From the NCBI RefSeq assembly GCF_009834535.1, contig NC_045696.1, positions 18,788,001 to 18,852,000 of the forward strand: a stretch of DNA of 64,000 nucleotides, read 5' to 3'. The translations under genes were made by a program, and so were the position numbers. The notes under the pieces were generated by a model. It was not told the origin of the DNA. It was given only the letters and a program-made list of their open reading frames with translations, and made no database searches. This document shows, piece after piece, positions 1 to 13,809 of this stretch. Position 1 is the first letter of the stretch. Each line of letters starts with the position of its first letter. Source of the DNA: Camelus ferus (taxonomy: Eukaryota).

Positions 1-500
1 TCTTCATAACCTTTATATAGCTTTTGATTTCTATCATTTCCTTTTGATAATTTCTTAGAATGTATATCTCTCTATTTGTGTTATCCATCTGTTTTTGTAT
101 GCTGTCTAGTTCTTTCATTACAGCTTCTTACATATTAATCATAGTAACTGAAAATTCCTATCCTATTAATTCAAATATCTGCATCATATCTGAGTCTTAC
201 TCTGCTGCTTGCTCTGGGTCTTCATATTATTTTCCCTTTCCTTTTGGTGTATCTTGTATTTTTGTTGCAATTGTTGTTATTGAAAGCCAGACCTGATTTA
301 TCCAGTATTAGGAACTAAAGTAAATGGGCCTTTATTGTAAGGAATTATATCAATCTGTCTAGGAGTAAGTTGTGTATGGTTAGTTTTTTTAATTTTACTT
401 TATCAGTATTTTCTGCGGCTAAAGATTCTTCTAGTTGCCATATTTCCATCTCCTGGCAACTTTGGGCTTCCCTTAGCAGTCCTCTGCAGAGATAGCCCAT
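1..500 (-). mobile_element. Old LINE-1 (L1M) 5'/ORF1-region fragment
   Basis: catattaatcatagtaactgaaaattcc...catatctgagtct resembles antisense L1MC/MD ORF1-region consensus (from recall); heavily diverged. Confidence 0.55.
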
Positions 501-519
501 TTCTCTTTCCCTTGTTTTA

Positions 520-615
520 ATAGTGTCTTAGGACTGCTGTAAGAAACTAACACTATTTAAATGACTTAAAACAATAGACATTTATTCCCTCACAGATCTG
601 GAAATGAAAAGTCAA
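520..615 (-). mobile_element. MLT1 (ERVL-MaLR) LTR fragment
   Basis: ggactgctgtaagaaac...acttaaaacaatagacatttattccctcacag matches the typical MLT1 terminus in antisense. Confidence 0.6.
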
Positions 616-624
616 CCCCCAGTC

Positions 625-897
625 TTGGAGAACACATTTGCAAAACATATACCTGACAAGTGATATGTGTCTATAGCGTATCAATTTCTTTTACCTCTTA
701 GTCTTAAAAAACAACCTTGCTGAAATCTGGGTAATTTTGAACAGATAATTCATCAAAGGAGATGTCCAGATGACAAATAATAACATGAAAACGCTCAACA
801 GAATTAGCCTTTAGTGAAATGCAAAATAAAATCAGGATATATCAATACACGGCCTCTAGAAAAGTGAAATTAAATGATTCTCCACACCAACTGTTTG
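625..897 (+). mobile_element. Old LINE-1 ORF2 C-terminal fragment
   Basis: ggagaacacatttgcaaaacatatacctgacaag...catgaaaacgctcaaca...gaaatgcaaaataaaa; similar to the better-preserved copy at 3.3-3.6 kb. Confidence 0.7.
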
Positions 898-1139
898 GGT
901 GTGACTGGTATTTTCTCACCCTCAGGTCCTCAGGAGAAAATCTTTGGGTATGAGGTGTCAAGGGATATCAGTACTATCTTTCCCCAAATAGGTCCACATA
1001 CATGCTCTCAAACTGAACATTCCTAAAGAAATACACTGACCAGCTTTTCTGTCAGTGTGGAATCAGTTGTTACTTCTAAATTCTTGATGAATGGAATCAT
1101 ACAGTATTACATTGACATTGTCTGTTAATTAAATCGGTA

Positions 1140-1500
1140 TCTTTCTGATAAATGACAACACCCAGAATATATAAAGAATTCCTAAAAATGATTAATGAAG
1201 AGGAAAACAATACAGTTCAAATTGGCAAAATATTTGAGCACATACTTCATAAAAGAAGACAGAGGGATTGCCAGTTACATGAAAAGATGATCAACATAAT
1301 TATTTGTTGACTCACCTTTGCATGTTAATTCTTTTTTATTCCTGATACTCCACTGTGTAGATACGAAAACATTTTTATTCATTCAAGTTTGGTAGGCTTG
1401 TGAGTTGTTTCCTGTTTTGGCACTTAAGTGTAAAACTGCCATGAACATTTGTGACCAACTATCTTTGTGAATATACAGTTTCATTTCTCTTAGGTAAGTT
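1140..1500. mobile_element. Two abutting old LINE-1 fragments in opposite orientation (+ about 1140-1305; - about 1305-1500)
   Basis: cccagaatatataaagaattcc...catgaaaagatgatcaaca (sense ORF2), then ctgccatgaacatttgtg...tttcatttctcttaggtaa (antisense ORF2 end). Confidence 0.6.
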
Positions 1501-2154
1501 TATTAAATGTGATTAATTTAAATATTATAGTTTTGTGCACTTGGGTAGTAATTTCTTCCTTTATCAAGTGTTGAAGTTAGTATTGATAGGAAGATTAGTT
1601 ACTTGGAAATCATGTTGATCCTTTCAACATTTATATTAAGGTCTGATAAGTAATGAATCTAGAGTAGGCATTACTGTAAAGCTGCTTAAGCCCTAATATT
1701 AATGACTAGCTTTGTATGGTCTATGGTTGCATTGAGTGTTTAACAAGGTGTCTCTTCTTCAATTAGACAGAAATCAAATGTCTTCCATTCCTGCGTGAGT
1801 TTGAAAAATTGTTTCATTTATATCTCTTCAGCATCTTGGCTAGGCTTCTTGGAATTTCCCCTTACGTATGTGAAGTTTAATATTCAGCCAAAAGACTCAA
1901 GAGGATACCTATAAATATTTTTGGAGCTCTGTACCTTCATAGATTCTTTCTCTTTAGTAGTTCGCCTTCAAATTTCATATCCCTCAGCTTCGAAAAATAA
2001 TTATATATATGTATATGCCCTCAAGTCAGTGGAACAGCAGTGCTTTGTTTTAATTATTTCTCCATGTGCTGCAAAAAATGAGTACAGGCAGAAAGCCTTG
2101 GTCAAAGCAGGGGACACTTTGTTTCCTTTTCCTCAGGAATGCAGTCCTGCAGTG

Positions 2155-2648
2155 CTTATTCATTTGCTAGGGTTGCAGTAACAAAGCACCACAGATGATG
2201 GTTTTAAACCAGAGACATTTGTTTTCTCACAATTCTGGAGATGAGAAGTCTGAACTCAAGGGTAGGTAGTAGTTGTGGTTCTTTTTTTTTTTTTTTTTTT
2301 TTTTTAGAATCGATTATTACTGCTTCATAACTAGCACAATATTGTAAATCAACTAAATTTCAAAAAAATAATAAATAAAACAGTATTGGTTTGTTTTAAG
2401 GCCTTTCTCCTTGGCTTGTAGATGGTGGTCATTTCCAGTGTGATCACATGGTCTTCCCTCTGGGGCTGTGTCCTAATCTCCTCTCTTTATAAGGAGAGTG
2501 GCCATATTGTATTAGGACCCACTCATTTGACGTTGTTTTACCTTGATTAACTCTTTAAAGCCCTATTTTTAATCACAGTCACATTCTGAAGTACTAGGTT
2601 TAGGACATCAACATGAGAACTTGGGGGATAATAATTTAGCTCATAACA
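2155..2648 (-). mobile_element. MLT1B/C-like MaLR solo LTR, interrupted by an insertion of about 100 bp
   Basis: gctagggttgcagtaacaaagcaccacaga...ctccttggcttgtagatgg...cacattctgaagtactagg...tttagctcataaca follows the MLT1 antisense consensus end to end. Confidence 0.85.
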
Positions 2649-3304
2649 AATGCCTATTTTCTAAATTTTTGAAAATGGTTGTTTTACATATACATATTTA
2701 TATACATATAAGTATATATGTATATTTGTATGTTTCTAATTGTTTATTGTGGTAGTGAAAGTTCTTTACTATGTGGTACCTTCACTATGAGGCATATCTT
2801 GGCCTTTTAAAATATGACAAATGTTCATTTTATTTTTTCTTAAAAAATATATGTACCTAACTGGTATATCATCTTGAAATAGTTATAATTTCATACGAGT
2901 TAAGCCATCCCTTCCTGGATTTTCTTTGTGGAAACTATTTTAATTATTAAATTATTTTATTAGCAGGTATAGGATTATTCTGTACTTTTTTAAATTTTGT
3001 TTTTCTTGCTTCAATGTTGGTAAGAGGGTATGTGCAAAAAATTTATCTGATTTGCATACATTGCCAACTGTATAATATAAAACATTTAATAATTTTTTTC
3101 TTTTTTGATTGTCTATAGTAATTGTTTATGATAACGCATCCTTTTAAAATTTTGACATTAGTAACTGAAGTCTCCTTTGTTCTATCTTTTTCTTAACCAG
3201 TCTTGTGAGATATTTTTACATTTATTTTTTATGATATACTTTTATATATCATATAAAATAAAATTTTTTAGTTGTATAGCTTATAAATCATTGGGAAAAA
3301 TGGA

Positions 3305-4358
3305 CATAAAATAAAATGACAACCTATGTAGTGGGAGAAAATACTTGTAAGTGATGTGACTGACAAAGATTTAATTTCCAGAATATATAAACAGCTCATA
3401 CAATTTAATAACAACAACAAAAAAAGCAGCCCAATCCAAAAATTGGCAGAAGATCTAAACAAGCAATTCTCCAATGAAGACATACAAATGGCCAATAGGC
3501 ACATAAAAAAAAAAAAACAAAAATGCTCAATATCACTAATTATCAGAGAAATGCAAATCAAAACTACAATGAGGTACCACCTCACACCAGTCAGAATGAC
3601 CATCATTAAAAACTCCACAAATGATAAATGCTGGAGAGGGTTTGGAGAAAAGGGAACCCTCCTACATTGTTGGTGGGAATGTAGTTCGGTGCAGCCATTA
3701 TGGAAAACAGTGTGGAGATTCCTTCAAAAAACTAAAAGTAGACTTACCATATGATTCAGCAATCCAACTCCTGGGCATATATCTGGAAGGAACTCTAATT
3801 CAAAAAATAAGTACACCTCAATGTTCATAGCCAAGACATGGAGAAAAAATAAATGCCCATTGACAGATGACTGGATAAAGAAGTTGTGGTATATTTATAC
3901 AATGGAATACTACTCAGCCATTTAAAATAATAAAATAATGCCATTTGCAGCAACATGGATGACCCTGGAGAATGTCATTCTAAGTGAAGTAAGCCAGAAA
4001 TAGAAAGAAAAATACCATATGATATAACTCATATGTAGAATATTAAAAAAAGAGGACACTAATGAACTCATCTACAAAATAGGAACAGACTCACAGACAT
4101 AGTAAACAATCTTATGGTTACCAGGGGAAAACGGATGGGGAGGGATAAACTGGGGAGTTTGAGATTTGCAAATGTTAGCCACTGTATATAAAAATAGATG
4201 AAAAAAACCAGTTTCTTCTGTATAGCCCAGAGAACTATATTCAGTATCTTATAATAACCTTTAATGAAAAAGAATATTTGTATGTATATGCATGACTGGG
4301 ACATCATGCTGTACACTAGAAATTAACACACTGTAACTGACTATACTTCAGTAAAAAG
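3305..4358 (+). mobile_element. 5'-truncated LINE-1 (ORF2 C-terminus plus 3'UTR), lineage-specific
   Basis: ORF 3356..3754 encodes [18 protein letters not shown] and the cysteine-rich motif [18 protein letters not shown]; 3'UTR ends aattaacacactgtaactgactatacttcagtaaaaa. Confidence 0.95.
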
Positions 4359-4399
4359 TAATTTTTTTTATTTTTGTGAAGTTTGTTGATTTTTTTTTT

Positions 4400-5745
4400 G
4401 TAAAATTTGTCTTACCTAAAAAATCTTTGCCAACCTGTTAAAAAGGATTATCTCCCATGTATTAATCTAGATATTTTATAGTTGTATATATTGCATTTAG
4501 ATATATGATTCATTTGAGGTTTTATTTTTTCAAATGTGAATTATGGGTGTAAAGTCTTATTTTCTCTTATGGATACAAAAATCATCTCAAAGCTGTATCT
4601 TGAAAAGATCATTTTTCTTTTAAATCAAATTGCCTTGACCTTTATTAAAAATCAATTGACTGTGAATTAGTTTATTTCTACTCTCTATTCCATGTGTCTC
4701 TGCTTTTGCCAATATGACACAGTCTTAATAATTGCATATTATGGGCTCTACAACTTTTTAAAATCTAAATTCTTTCAGCTATTCTAGTTTCTCTTCTTCT
4801 TTTTACATTTTTAAAAGTTCCTTGATCTTTACAAAGAAATACTACTGAAATATGCTTTCTTATTTCCTAGCATTTTTGAAATTTTATTTTTATAATAATA
4901 TGCACACATTTAAAAAATACAGCTTGGTGAATTCTGCCATATGTTGATAGTAAACATGCACATCGCTACAAGCAGTTTGCTTGTGGTTCATACCTCTTTA
5001 TAATCAACCTCTCTCTCTCTTACCTTCTTAATCCAGGCATCTACTGGTCTGCTGTTGTTTCTATGAATTAGGTTGTATTTTCAAGATGACATAAATATAA
5101 CTGTGCAGTACATGCATTTTTTAAGCTTTTTAAAACTCAACATAAGTATTTTGAGATTTAACCTTGTTTTGTGTATAAATTGTGTATTATTTTTCACTGC
5201 TGAGTAGTATTCTATTGTATGGCTAAACCATAACTTGTTAGATTTCCAGCTTTTTGCTTTTACAAATAAAGCTGCAGTGAACAAAGTTGTTTCATGGACA
5301 TATGTATTCACTTGTCTTGAGTAAATATGTAGAGTGCAATAGCTTAGCAGTTTTGTAAGTGAATATTTAAATTTCTAAGTAACTATAAAATTGTCTTCCA
5401 AAGTGTTTATGCAACCATCCCCACAATACATGTGTCATAATTGTTCCACATCCTTACTAACAGTTGGTACAATCATTTTAATTTTTACCCTTCTAGAGGA
5501 TTTGTAGTAGTATGCCATTATGATTTTATTTTGCATTATCCTAAAGACTAATTCTGTTGAACAGTATTTTACTTGCTTACTTGCCACCCATATATCTTCT
5601 TTGATAAAGTATGTATTGTAAAAAAATTCCCCTTTTAAGTGGAGTTTTAAGACTTTTTATTGAGCCATAAGATTTTTCAGTACATTTTCTAGGCACAAGA
5701 CTCATAGGACATATATATTTTACAAGTAATTTCTTCCATTCTATG
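4400..5745 (-). mobile_element. Old LINE-1 fragments (ORF2 3' part and L1M 3'UTR)
   Basis: ORF 5081..5311(-) has LFTAALFVKAKSWK...LWFSHTIEYYSAVK, a decayed ORF2 C-terminus; flanks resemble antisense L1. Confidence 0.75.
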
Positions 5746-5759
5746 AGAATTCTACACTC

Positions 5760-6150
5760 AATAAAAATATTTTCCTTTTAAATAAGGGATATATAAATTT
5801 TTATTTCATATAAGCAAAAGCTGAGAGGATTTATTACCATCAGAGATGGAATGTTAAATAAAGTTCTTCTGGCACTAGAAATATGATACAGTTAGAAACT
5901 TGGGTCTATTAAAAAATGAACATCTTAGTAAATGATTACAATTAATTAAAATATTAATGGCATTTATCGTTTGTCATTCAAAGTTAAGTAAACATAAGGA
6001 AATAAATATTGATGGATTATGTTACGTAATATATAAATATAAAATGCCACAAAAGGTAGAAGAGAGGAGCTAGGAGCATATGATTTGAAGTTCTTACATT
6101 ACAATAGAAGCCTTATCTAAGATGACTCAAAGGTACACTCTAATTAATAA
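5760..6150 (+). mobile_element. Old LINE-1 (L1ME-like) ORF1-end/inter-ORF fragment
   Basis: aagcaaaagctgagaggatttattaccatcaga...aaagttcttctggca...gaaacttggg resembles the L1M ORF1 3' region. Confidence 0.5.
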
Positions 6151-9100
6151 TATACGTATCTTTCAAATATCTTCAGAGTGTAATTTTAAGAGTGTATTCA
6201 TTTCTTTGAATTCTTTCAGTGGAAGTATTGGCCTGCTGTGACTACTACCACCTTCCTGGAAGTAGATATTGTCACACTTAATTTGGCCTTGTAACATAAG
6301 ATTAAAATGATACTGAAATATTATACTCAAACAGTACAAAAATAATGCAATATGTACACCTTAGAAATCACGTTTACCACAGTAATCTGGTTTTACAAGG
6401 TAACAAAAATTCTTATTTCAAAAGAGCTAAATCCAACAATGCATTTTATAAAATAACATAAATAAAACAAAGCAATAATTTAAGAACAGATAGAATACAA
6501 CTAAGTGAATATTGCTAAAGCTGTAAGTTGATTTAAAAGTTCTTTCTGGAATAAAATTTGTAAATATAAATCAAGACTGTTATAAATATTTTACCTGAAC
6601 AGTAGTAAAAAGTCCTACATACAGGAATTTATATCAAAATAAAACAAAACAAAGCAAAAAAACAAAAAGAAGAAACCAAATTTGCATTAAAGGAATTTTT
6701 CATTGTTTTAGCTTACGTCATAATATATTTGAAACTATAGAATCTTTGCAGAGAATCTGTGTAATACTCAAAGTGTATTAGTCAAATGGAATATTAAGTA
6801 GACAAAACATTTTATGCAGTTTCAAAAACAGTGTTCTACCACTTCAAAGAAGAATATTTTGGAAAAAAATCACTTTCAAATTGAATTATAACTATATGTA
6901 TGACTGTGTATTGTATAGTAAGATTTTCAGTTTAAAAAGGATTAAGAATTGTGTAAAACAAGTTCATATTAGGTACAGCACTAGCAAATGCACTTTGATT
7001 ATAGTACTTATTATAAATTCAATTAAGTAATGATACATGAAATTAAAAAAAGCTGTTACTTGTGGTAGTCTTTAGGTTATCAGGAAAATATCCAAAATAA
7101 TTGTTTGGAGTAATGTCTTATCCTGCTAAATTTTGGATTTGTGCACTCCAGTCACTCTACTACATAGGTTTTAAAAATAAATTATTTCAAACTCTTTTTT
7201 CATAGTAAACTTCTCTATACTAGTAAATTATTTATGGATTCCCAATAGCATACAGCTTTTATTATGTTTCAAGTTCTCTTGTCTCAAAAGAAAGAAAAAA
7301 TGTTGCATTTGTTTTTAAGCACATTTTAAATATCATTAGTATAGGTAGAAACTCTAAATTGGGAAATTATAAAATGATGAAAACTTGGAAGCCCTGTGTA
7401 AGTAACAGGTAATCCTGAGTGTAACAAGATATGGAAAGAGTAGAAAATATACTCAAATCTGGACCTCATTCCTACATTGGTAGGATAATATCAGTGGGCA
7501 TATTATGGGGCTGAGTTTTTTTTTTTTTTTAAAGGAATTTATATAATAGTGGAGTTAGACGATATTGTAGTTTTCCATGCAATTTGGTATTACTAGAGTT
7601 GTGTTGACTTATGAATGGAATTTCTGGCATTTATTTCAATGGAAAATGTTTCATAGAAATTGCTGTTCTGAATGGAAACACTTTTGTTCTCTGAATCTCA
7701 GTAATGTTATATGCCTATTCATTGCATCAGTTTAATCAAACAATGGAGGTGGCAATAAATATTTTCATCTGAATTTTTAGGGGCCTAAGATTTTTAAAGG
7801 ATTGGAGATACAATCTTTGGATAGAATAGTTTTTTCCTAAAAGTCCAGTAAAAGACTACAGCACACATATACTTACAAGCATCCTAAATCACATCAGCAA
7901 GTTTCCTTTGAAACTATTCCTTGTCCAAGATGAGTGTTTTTCTAAACAAAAATGAATAACACAGTTTAACTTAACATACAATTTTTATGTCAACGGTTTT
8001 TTAATATATTACAGAACATCAAAATACTTTGAATAGTAGGTAAAGTTGTTTGAGACTTAATGACCATCATTTCCTAGTCTGCAGTTTTAAAAGTTACACT
8101 CTTTAAAATTTTGAGTATATGAGTTTTGTTCTGAGTAAAATTGAATATGTTGAGTTGATTTCAACTGTCCAGAGGAGCCAGTTAAAGGTGTGATATTAAC
8201 ATTAACAGGAATGTTTCACAAATGATGAAATTATTTATCCTCTATTTTTTCATGTTGTAAGATAGATTGTTTTCCCTCTAAAGCTAAAAGCTTTATACAT
8301 TTTTTGCTTATTAAAGTATGGTTTTTTTTAAGTGAGGATGGAATAACTCTACATCCTAGTTGGAAGTAGAAGAAAATGAACCCTCTGTAAAGTCATATTT
8401 AATCTATCCATCTCTTAGAATCACGCAGAGAAGTATTGCCAGTGGAAATTCAATCAAAGAGAGCTGCACACTGGGACCAAGCTCCTCTTTAGAAAATAGC
8501 ATTTCCTGATTATGCATTTGGGACCACATTTTTAAAGGAAATTATATAAATGGGATTAATCTCCCTGAGTTCCCTATTTGAAAAGTCTGGTATTCATTGG
8601 TTTTCAAATGAATATAAGTAATACAAATGTAAATTTATATATTTACATAGTTTTAAAGAGGATTTTAGTTTTTGATACCTAGATACTCCTAATTATAAGA
8701 TATGTCTAATAAGATAAATAAAAGTGAGGCAGGTAATTCTATGAACATTTGAAAGAAAATTGAAATAGGTTTCTAAAACTCCTATACTGGGTATTCACTA
8801 AATCAACAGATTCACAATTGTTCTCTTGCACTCCTGCCCTCAATACACTCATTATTTAAATGAATTGAGAAAACTGCTTGCTTTGCTCTGTTTTTTGATT
8901 ATTACAGAAAACCATATATTGCTAAGTTACTCAATTTTATCAGCTCAGTATAAAAGCCTAAAATGCCATTGATCCACTATTAAAAGTTAAAAATCTGAAT
9001 TGATTGAAGGAAAGTAAGATTAAAGAAATTGAAAAGCATTTTAAAGTGACTTTAAAATAACATTAATTTGGGATGCATTTAACAAAAAAATTCTGCTTAA

Positions 9101-10249
9101 TAGCACTAAAATCATGCAAGTAATTTTATAGTCAAATACAATGATGGCCAAAGAAACAATTGATTCAGCTTCAGTATTATGCTAAAGTTGTATTCTGTTT
9201 AAGCTGTAATATTCCTTTTAGTTGTATCTATTAACAGGATCTAAGTATTACATACCATCCTTAATCTCAGTTTATTTCATGTTATGGAAGTATCCTTAAA
9301 TACATTTCATGTTTCCATATGACTTATTACTCTATGGATCAGCTGGATGTTTCTTCCATCAGTTACTAATGTCAGTGGTTAAAATAAGATAGTTTGGATA
9401 GGTTCTTAGAAAATTTCAAAACACCAATTCAGTTGTATTGAACCACTCTTTCCTATGATCTTTTCTAAAAACTATTTCACTCATATACACTTATAACTTT
9501 TTCACTGTGTAAAGACTTTTATATTTAGTTTTGTAAATACAAAGTTTCTAGAGTCTGAAAGAAGTAATACATTTTAAAATCACAAGTGTCTTATTAAACG
9601 TTTAAAATAATTCAACTATGTGTTGCTATGAAGCTCTTCTGCCATTCCTTAAAATTACTAAACCAGAAGTACCAAACGTTCATGGTTTATAGCACTTTCA
9701 GTTTCTTAGTAATTGTTTTTCATTGGTGCCCCAGTCCAAAACTGTTTGTGAAATAGTTACGAATGCTATTAGAACACACAGTATCTAAGGTGCTCACTGT
9801 ATTTCACTAAAAGTTTAAAACATTCCTTAGTTCCCTATGAGTATGCTGGGAGGTCTTGGGACACTTTCTGGGAACTGTATTATTAACTAGTGAATTTCCT
9901 ACAATTACTAAGAAATTATTGCAAAACTATGTTTACTTATTTTTCATAGATACAGATGGAAAAATCGTATATAAAGGGTTTGCTAAATATACACAAAATG
10001 CTTTTTAAAAATAATGCATCATTATGAAGTAAGGTTTAGTTCATAAACTGAAAGCATTATCTAAATATCAAATAATTATTAAGCATTTCAGTATTTTAAT
10101 GAACTAAAATGTGATAAAATTATATGATCTTAAAGCAATCCAATATATGTTTTTAATTTAAAAGATTTTAAATTAGGAAAATTACACATTAACCTAATAA
10201 GAAATAAGTATAAATATTATAAGAAACCATTTAGTTAAACTTTGAGTAA

Positions 10250-11585
10250 TGACAAAATAAAAAGAGGCAATACAGTAGAGTAAAGACAATTTCTTCAAGA
10301 AATGGTGCTATAAAAACTGGGCATCCACATGGAAAAAAAATAAAAAATTCTGTGGTGTATTTGTGACTTTAGATGTAACACCAAAGTTACCACCCATGAA
10401 AGAAATAGTTGATAAGCTGGACTTATTTGTTAAAATTAAAATAAAAAACATCTGCGCTACATGTGACAATGCCAAGAGAATAAGAAGACAAGCCACAGAC
10501 TGGGAGAAAATACTTGCCAAAGACATCTGGTAAAGTACTGTTACCCAAACTATGCAAAAACTCTTAAAACTCAACAAGAAAACAAACAACTCTATTAAAT
10601 GATGGGCCAGTGACTAACAGATGTACCTCACTTAAGAAGGTGTACAGATGGTAAATAAACATATGGAAAGATGCTCCGCATCATACATCATTAAGGAAAT
10701 GCAAACTAAAACAATGATATACCACTACACACCCTTTAGAATAGCCCAAATCCAAAACACTGATCACAACAAATGCTGGTAGGGATGTGGCACAATAGGA
10801 ACTCTTATTCATTCTGGTGAGAATGCAAAATGATACAGCCACTTTGAAAGACAGTTTGGCAGTTTCATACGCAGCTAATTATACTGTTATCATACAGCCC
10901 AGCAGTTTTGCTCATTGGTACCTACCTAAAGGATTTGGAAACTCAGGACCACATAAAACCTGCGTAGGGCTGTTTATAGCAGCTTAATCAAAACTTCGAA
11001 GCAAATAAGATGTTGTTCAGTGGATAAATGGATAAATAAAGTGTGGTATAACCAGACAATGGAATATTGTTCAACGCTAGAAAGAAAGAAGCTATCAAGC
11101 AATGGAAAGCCATGGACTTAGCATATAGCTCAATGAAAGAGCCAATTTGAAAAGTCTACATACTGTATGATCCCAAGTATACGACATTCTGGAAAAGGCA
11201 AAACTATGGAGAAAGTAAAAAAGTTAGTGGTTGCTAGACGTTGGAATGAGGGAAGGATGAATACACACAGCATAGAATTTTAAGGCAGTGAATATAATCT
11301 ATATGATTCTATAACAATGGATACGGTGTCCATTATGCATTTGTCCAAATCCATAGAATGCACAGAACTAGGAGTGGACCCTAAAGTAAACTATTGGCTT
11401 TGGGTGATTATTTGTCAGTGTAAATCCATCAATTGTAACAAATGTCTCACTCTGATGAGTGATGTTTATCATAGGGGAGGCTTTGCTTGTGTTGGGGTAG
11501 AAGGCATGTGGGAAACCTCTGTACCTTCTCATTATATCTACTGTGAACCTAAAGCTGCTCTAAAAAAAAATTAAGCCTTAAAAAT
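10250..11585 (+). mobile_element. L1MC1/2-like LINE-1 3' end
   Basis: ORF2 tail plus the 3'UTR atttgtccaaatccatagaatgcac...ccctaaagtaaactat...ctgtgaacctaaagctgctctaaaaaaa. Confidence 0.9.
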
Positions 11586-12689
11586 AGGAATTTTATTCCT
11601 TATTATTTTTGAACATGAATCTGGCAGTTCTTTCCAAAAAAGTTATATAAGAAAATAAACTAGGGCATATTATAGGAAATGTAAGAGTTGGGAAGAAATT
11701 GGAAAAAAAAATACAGGAAAAGAAAAAATAATACATTACAAAAAATTATTGCATAAAATATGTTAAAGTAAGTTGTTAAAGGCAAGCTTGTTACAAATAC
11801 AAATATTTCCAGTGCAATTAAACTTTATTTGGAAAAATAAATCTGAAGTTTATACAAGTTCCTTTGTGGGAGCATACTTTTTTAACGTGTACAGACACAT
11901 AGCTTAAAGCAAATAAAACTTAAGTCTGAACTGCTATGAGCAAAAACAAAACAACAAACTTGTTGCCTTCATTGGCTGCGAAGGGAGTGTTTAAATATTT
12001 TCTAAATGCCAATTAATTACATCAAAACTACTGAGATAATTTATTTAAGGAAAAGCTAGACCAGTAGCATATGTCCTTCATGTGTTGTCAGGGAGAGAAA
12101 TAAGTCATCAAAGTCCTAAAGAAAAGCCTCTAGTGTCCACATAGACAAATTTGGCCTACCAACTTTTAGGAGGCACTGTGACATAGGGTGGCTATTTATG
12201 TGTATTTTTAAAACAATACTAAGTTAAAAAAAAGTTTATAGTACAGATTTCTTTCAATAAGAGTGGCAATTATGGTGCCTTTAATTATTTAAAGGCATAT
12301 ATATTACACCCTATGAAATTGTACTCAATCATCGATTAAGAAATGCATAATGACAAGATTTTGCTGCAAGCATTATGTTACCAAAAAAAGGTTAAAATTT
12401 TCATGAGTTTTAAAATATTTTAATGAAATATTTACATATTTTGATGACTAGAGAAACATACATACATAGACATACAATTCTATATACTTGTATACATCTC
12501 TAAAATAGCAACTCAAGATGTAAGTAATTTTTCATATCAGATCAGAATCTGTTTTTAATGTCTTCAATATTTAATTTGAACAATCATTATGAAATCTCCC
12601 ATTAGTAGTTCTTTACTCTTGAATTTTCTTCCTTTTTTGTCCAAAAGCACTTATTTTAAGTAAAACATATTTCCCCACACGTTTTTTTA

Positions 12690-13146
12690 ATGCAATTTTG
12701 AAAGGTTACTTTTGATTTACAATTATTACAAAATATTGGCTATATTCCCACATCCCTGAGCCCATATTACACCCAGCAGTTTGTACCTCCCACTTCCCCA
12801 TCCCTATATTGACCCCACACTGGTAGCCACTAATTTGTTCTCTGTGTCTGTGCCTGATTCTTTTCTGTTATATTCACTAGTTTGTTGTATTTTTAGATTC
12901 CACATATAAGTGATATCATACAGTACTTTTCTTCCTCTGTCTGACTTACTTCACTTAGCATAATGCCCTCCAAGTCCATACATGTTGATGAGCTCTGGTG
13001 GTTTTCCTGTGATGCCTTTAGGATTTTCTATGTTTAGTATCGTATCATCTACAGATAGTGGCAGTTTTACCTCTTTTCCAGTTTGAATTTCTTTAATTTA
13101 TTTTTCTTCACTAGTTTCTATGGCTAGGACTTCCAAAAACATGTTG
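12690..13146 (-). mobile_element. LINE-1 3'UTR fused to a short RT-domain fragment (internal deletion at about 12988)
   Basis: 12690-12988 aligns by eye to 55380-55685; 12988-13146 aligns to 57180-57340 of the L1 later in this window. Confidence 0.85.
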
Positions 13147-13775
13147 TAACTTTTGAAAAGTTCTAAGCTATTAATACCTTGAATATTTCTTCAGCTCCAT
13201 TTTCCCTTTTGTCTCCTGGTACCTCTAAATATTGCATATTTTACATAATTTGAAATTGAATCTCAATTCTAGACCTTTCATATTAATTAGCCAAATAACC
13301 TTGATAAGAAGAGCTAAACACTCCACACACTGTTTATTTGAGTCCTTATCTAAATAGGTTCCAACTGAACTCACTGTCTCACTTGTACATAAAGTCCAAT
13401 TTCAACAGACATCAGTTTTTAGTCTTCATAGACTGATGGGAATAATGTTTTGAATGATTTTCTTTTACTATTTTTATTTCACTTTAAAAACTTCCGACCA
13501 GATGTTTACTTAGATTTGATAAAGTTTTTATAAATGAGATATTAAACTGTTCCTCACTTAAATTTTGTGCCTTGGATTGATCTCATTTCTTCAATTCAAA
13601 TGTAAAAAAAAAACCTAAAAATTACAATTTTCTTATTTAAATATTTGTAATTAATCAATAAATTACTTTCTCTGAAAATATAGCGATTCTTTCTTTAATT
13701 CTAACATTGTTTCACCTTATTTAGCCATAATTTGTCTTCCCCAAATAGAAAAGAAACTCTAGTAAGAAGTTCCTC

Positions 13776-13809
13776 TGTGTGTGTATGTGTGTGTGTGTGT
13801 TTGTATGTG
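13776..13809. repeat. Imperfect (TG)n microsatellite
   Basis: tgtgtgtgtatgtgtgtgtgtgtgtttgtatgtg. Confidence 0.85.

Noticed and set aside
3268..3618. Hydrophobic 116-aa ORF resembling a membrane protein
   Set aside because: Antisense frame of the L1 ORF2 C-terminus ([17 protein letters not shown]), a well-known artefact; the same applies to 40597..40872 and 56087..56326
9660..9885. Possible hAT/Charlie-type DNA transposon remnant
   Set aside because: Only vague terminal similarity; I could not define inverted repeats or a TSD
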